Assembly: GCA_963741955.1 (NCBI GenBank)
Contig: CAVUKB010000005.1
Location: 896,001 to 960,000, forward strand
Origin: an uncultured Acidobacteriota bacterium
Lineage (GTDB): Bacteria > Acidobacteriota > Thermoanaerobaculia > Gp7-AA8
Direction of reading: 5' to 3'
Length of the DNA: 64,000 bases
The notes below the pieces were generated by a model. The model saw only the letters and a program-made list of their open reading frames with translations, was not told the DNA's origin and did no database searches. Of this stretch, positions 62,603 through 64,000 are shown in pieces (the first letter of the stretch is position 1; each line of letters starts with the position of its first letter). Made by a program: the position numbers and the translations under genes.

Positions 62603-64000
62603 TCACGCGCCGACCGCGGCCGCTTTCCGGAACATCCCGGGCGTGTACGCGGTGATGGTGCCGGTGAACGCAGACGCCGCAACGGTGAGTGGTGACGCGA
62701 GCCAGAGGCGGCCCGGACCCGACCTTCCCTTGTAGTTGCGATTGATCGCGCTTACGGTCACCTCGTCCGTCGTTTCCGACACTCCCGGACCGCAGCCGAT
62801 GCACGCGCCGCATCCCGGCTTCAGCACGATCGCTCCCGCCTTCTCGAACGTGTCGAGCAGTCCGTTCTCACGGCAGAAGTCCTCCACGTGCTTCGACCCG
62901 AACTGAATGTAGAACCGCACACCTTCCGCGACCCGCATCCCCGCGTCGACCGCTTCCTTCGCCACCTGGTGGTAGTAGAGGAAGTCGTCGACCTTGCCTG
63001 CCGTGCAGCTCCCCGCGTACGCGATGTCGATCTTCACGTCGCCGATCTCGCCCACCAGCGCTCCGTTGGTCGGATCCGACGGGATGCCGTGGTCGGGATC
63101 GCCGGGGTGGGCCACCATCGGCTCGATCTTCGAGAGATCGACCACGTGCACGCCGCCTGCGTATTCAGCGTCAGGATCGGGCCCGACGATTCGCGAGCGC
63201 AGCCGGTCGAGATCGGCCTCCGGCCGCAACGCGCCGATCCACTCGATGAGCGTTTCGTCGCCCTCCACGATCGCGCCTCGCGCCGAGCACTCCGTCGCCA
63301 TATTCGCGAGCGTCGCGCGCTCGTCCATCGAGAGATTCCGAAGACCTGACCCCGTGAACTCCATCACCCGGTTCAGGGTCTTCTGCGGCTTCGCGTACTC
63401 GAGGAGGATGTGGAGCATCACGTCCTTCGCCGTCACGTTCGCCGCGAGAGTGCCGGTCAGCTCGAACCGGATCGACTCCGGCACTTCGACCTGGGTGAAT
63501 CCGGAGTGGACGAGATTCGCATACTCCGTCGCGCCGACTCCCCACGCGAGGGCATTGTTCACGCCCCCCATGCAGGTGTGGCTGTCGGTGGCCTGAATGA
63601 AGTCGCCCGGATCGACGATCATCTCCCGCGCGATCTCGTGACAGATGCCCGGCGAGACCCCATCCCGCGCCGAAAAATCGCGGCACTCCGTGTGCGCCTG
63701 ATACTCGCGCTGCAGACGGCGGAGCTCCTCGATCTCCTCGAGGAACGGTCGCATCTTCGGCACCTCGTCCGCGTAGATGAGATGATCCTCGAAAACCGCG
63801 AATTTCTCCGGATTCACGATCCGGTAATCCGGCCCGTACTCGTTCCGGAGGAAGTAGTGAATCTGCGCGGTGGTGAATTCGTGGCTGTACCCGCCATCGA
63901 CGCTGACCAGCACCGCGTCCCCAGGCTTCACGAAACGGGCGCTTGCTTCATCGGCGGAGAGGAGATGGGAGGCGAGGACCTTCTCGGACATGGTCATCGG
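62603..64000 (-). CDS. Aconitase / isopropylmalate dehydratase large-subunit family protein, probably extends beyond the window
   Basis: GICH, TDSHT, GSCT, CGACIG and NRNYKGR motifs; frame open to the window edge. Confidence 0.92.
   Translation of the reverse strand, partial: PMTMSEKVLASHLLSADEASARFVKPGDAVLVSVDGGYSHEFTTAQIHYFLRNEYGPDYRIVNPEKFAVFEDHLIYADEVPKMRPFLEEIEELRRLQREYQAHTECRDFSARDGVSPGICHEIAREMIVDPGDFIQATDSHTCMGGVNNALAWGVGATEYANLVHSGFTQVEVPESIRFELTGTLAANVTAKDVMLHILLEYAKPQKTLNRVMEFTGSGLRNLSMDERATLANMATECSARGAIVEGDETLIEWIGALRPEADLDRLRSRIVGPDPDAEYAGGVHVVDLSKIEPMVAHPGDPDHGIPSDPTNGALVGEIGDVKIDIAYAGSCTAGKVDDFLYYHQVAKEAVDAGMRVAEGVRFYIQFGSKHVEDFCRENGLLDTFEKAGAIVLKPGCGACIGCGPGVSETTDEVTVSAINRNYKGRSGPGRLWLASPLTVAASAFTGTITAYTPGMFRKAAAVGA

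Overview
High-GC bacterial chromosome segment. The gene set and a short PheT suggest Acidobacteriota, which is inference only. Housekeeping genes flank a ~30 kb accessory island at ~3.7-35 kb: ftsH, radA and an M23 peptidase on the left; folK, TPM/LemA, an S41 protease, tatA/B-tatC, a PPIase, an aminotransferase, trmH, rsmI, pgsA, tRNA-Leu, pheT, meaB, an acyl-CoA dehydrogenase, peptidases, a CPA2 antiporter and an aconitase-family gene on the right. The island is a polymorphic-toxin array: five minus-strand toxin/immunity pairs, four with an Rhs core, all with predicted nuclease tips (HINT+REase, LHH, HNH, URI/GIY-YIG-like, PoNe-like). All five are 5'-truncated. They are interleaved with three type II TA modules, three broken integrase-core transposases, an IS21 and two ISL3 copies. 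Other notable signals: a domain inserted into the Rhs core, a ~60 bp leader shared by two unrelated TA modules, TGACCC/GGGTCA junction motifs including a 22 bp inverted repeat, a ~450 nt nested hairpin element, nested MITEs, REP-like tandem arrays, and an OsmC-like gene with an in-frame UGA at the catalytic Cys position (probable selenoprotein).
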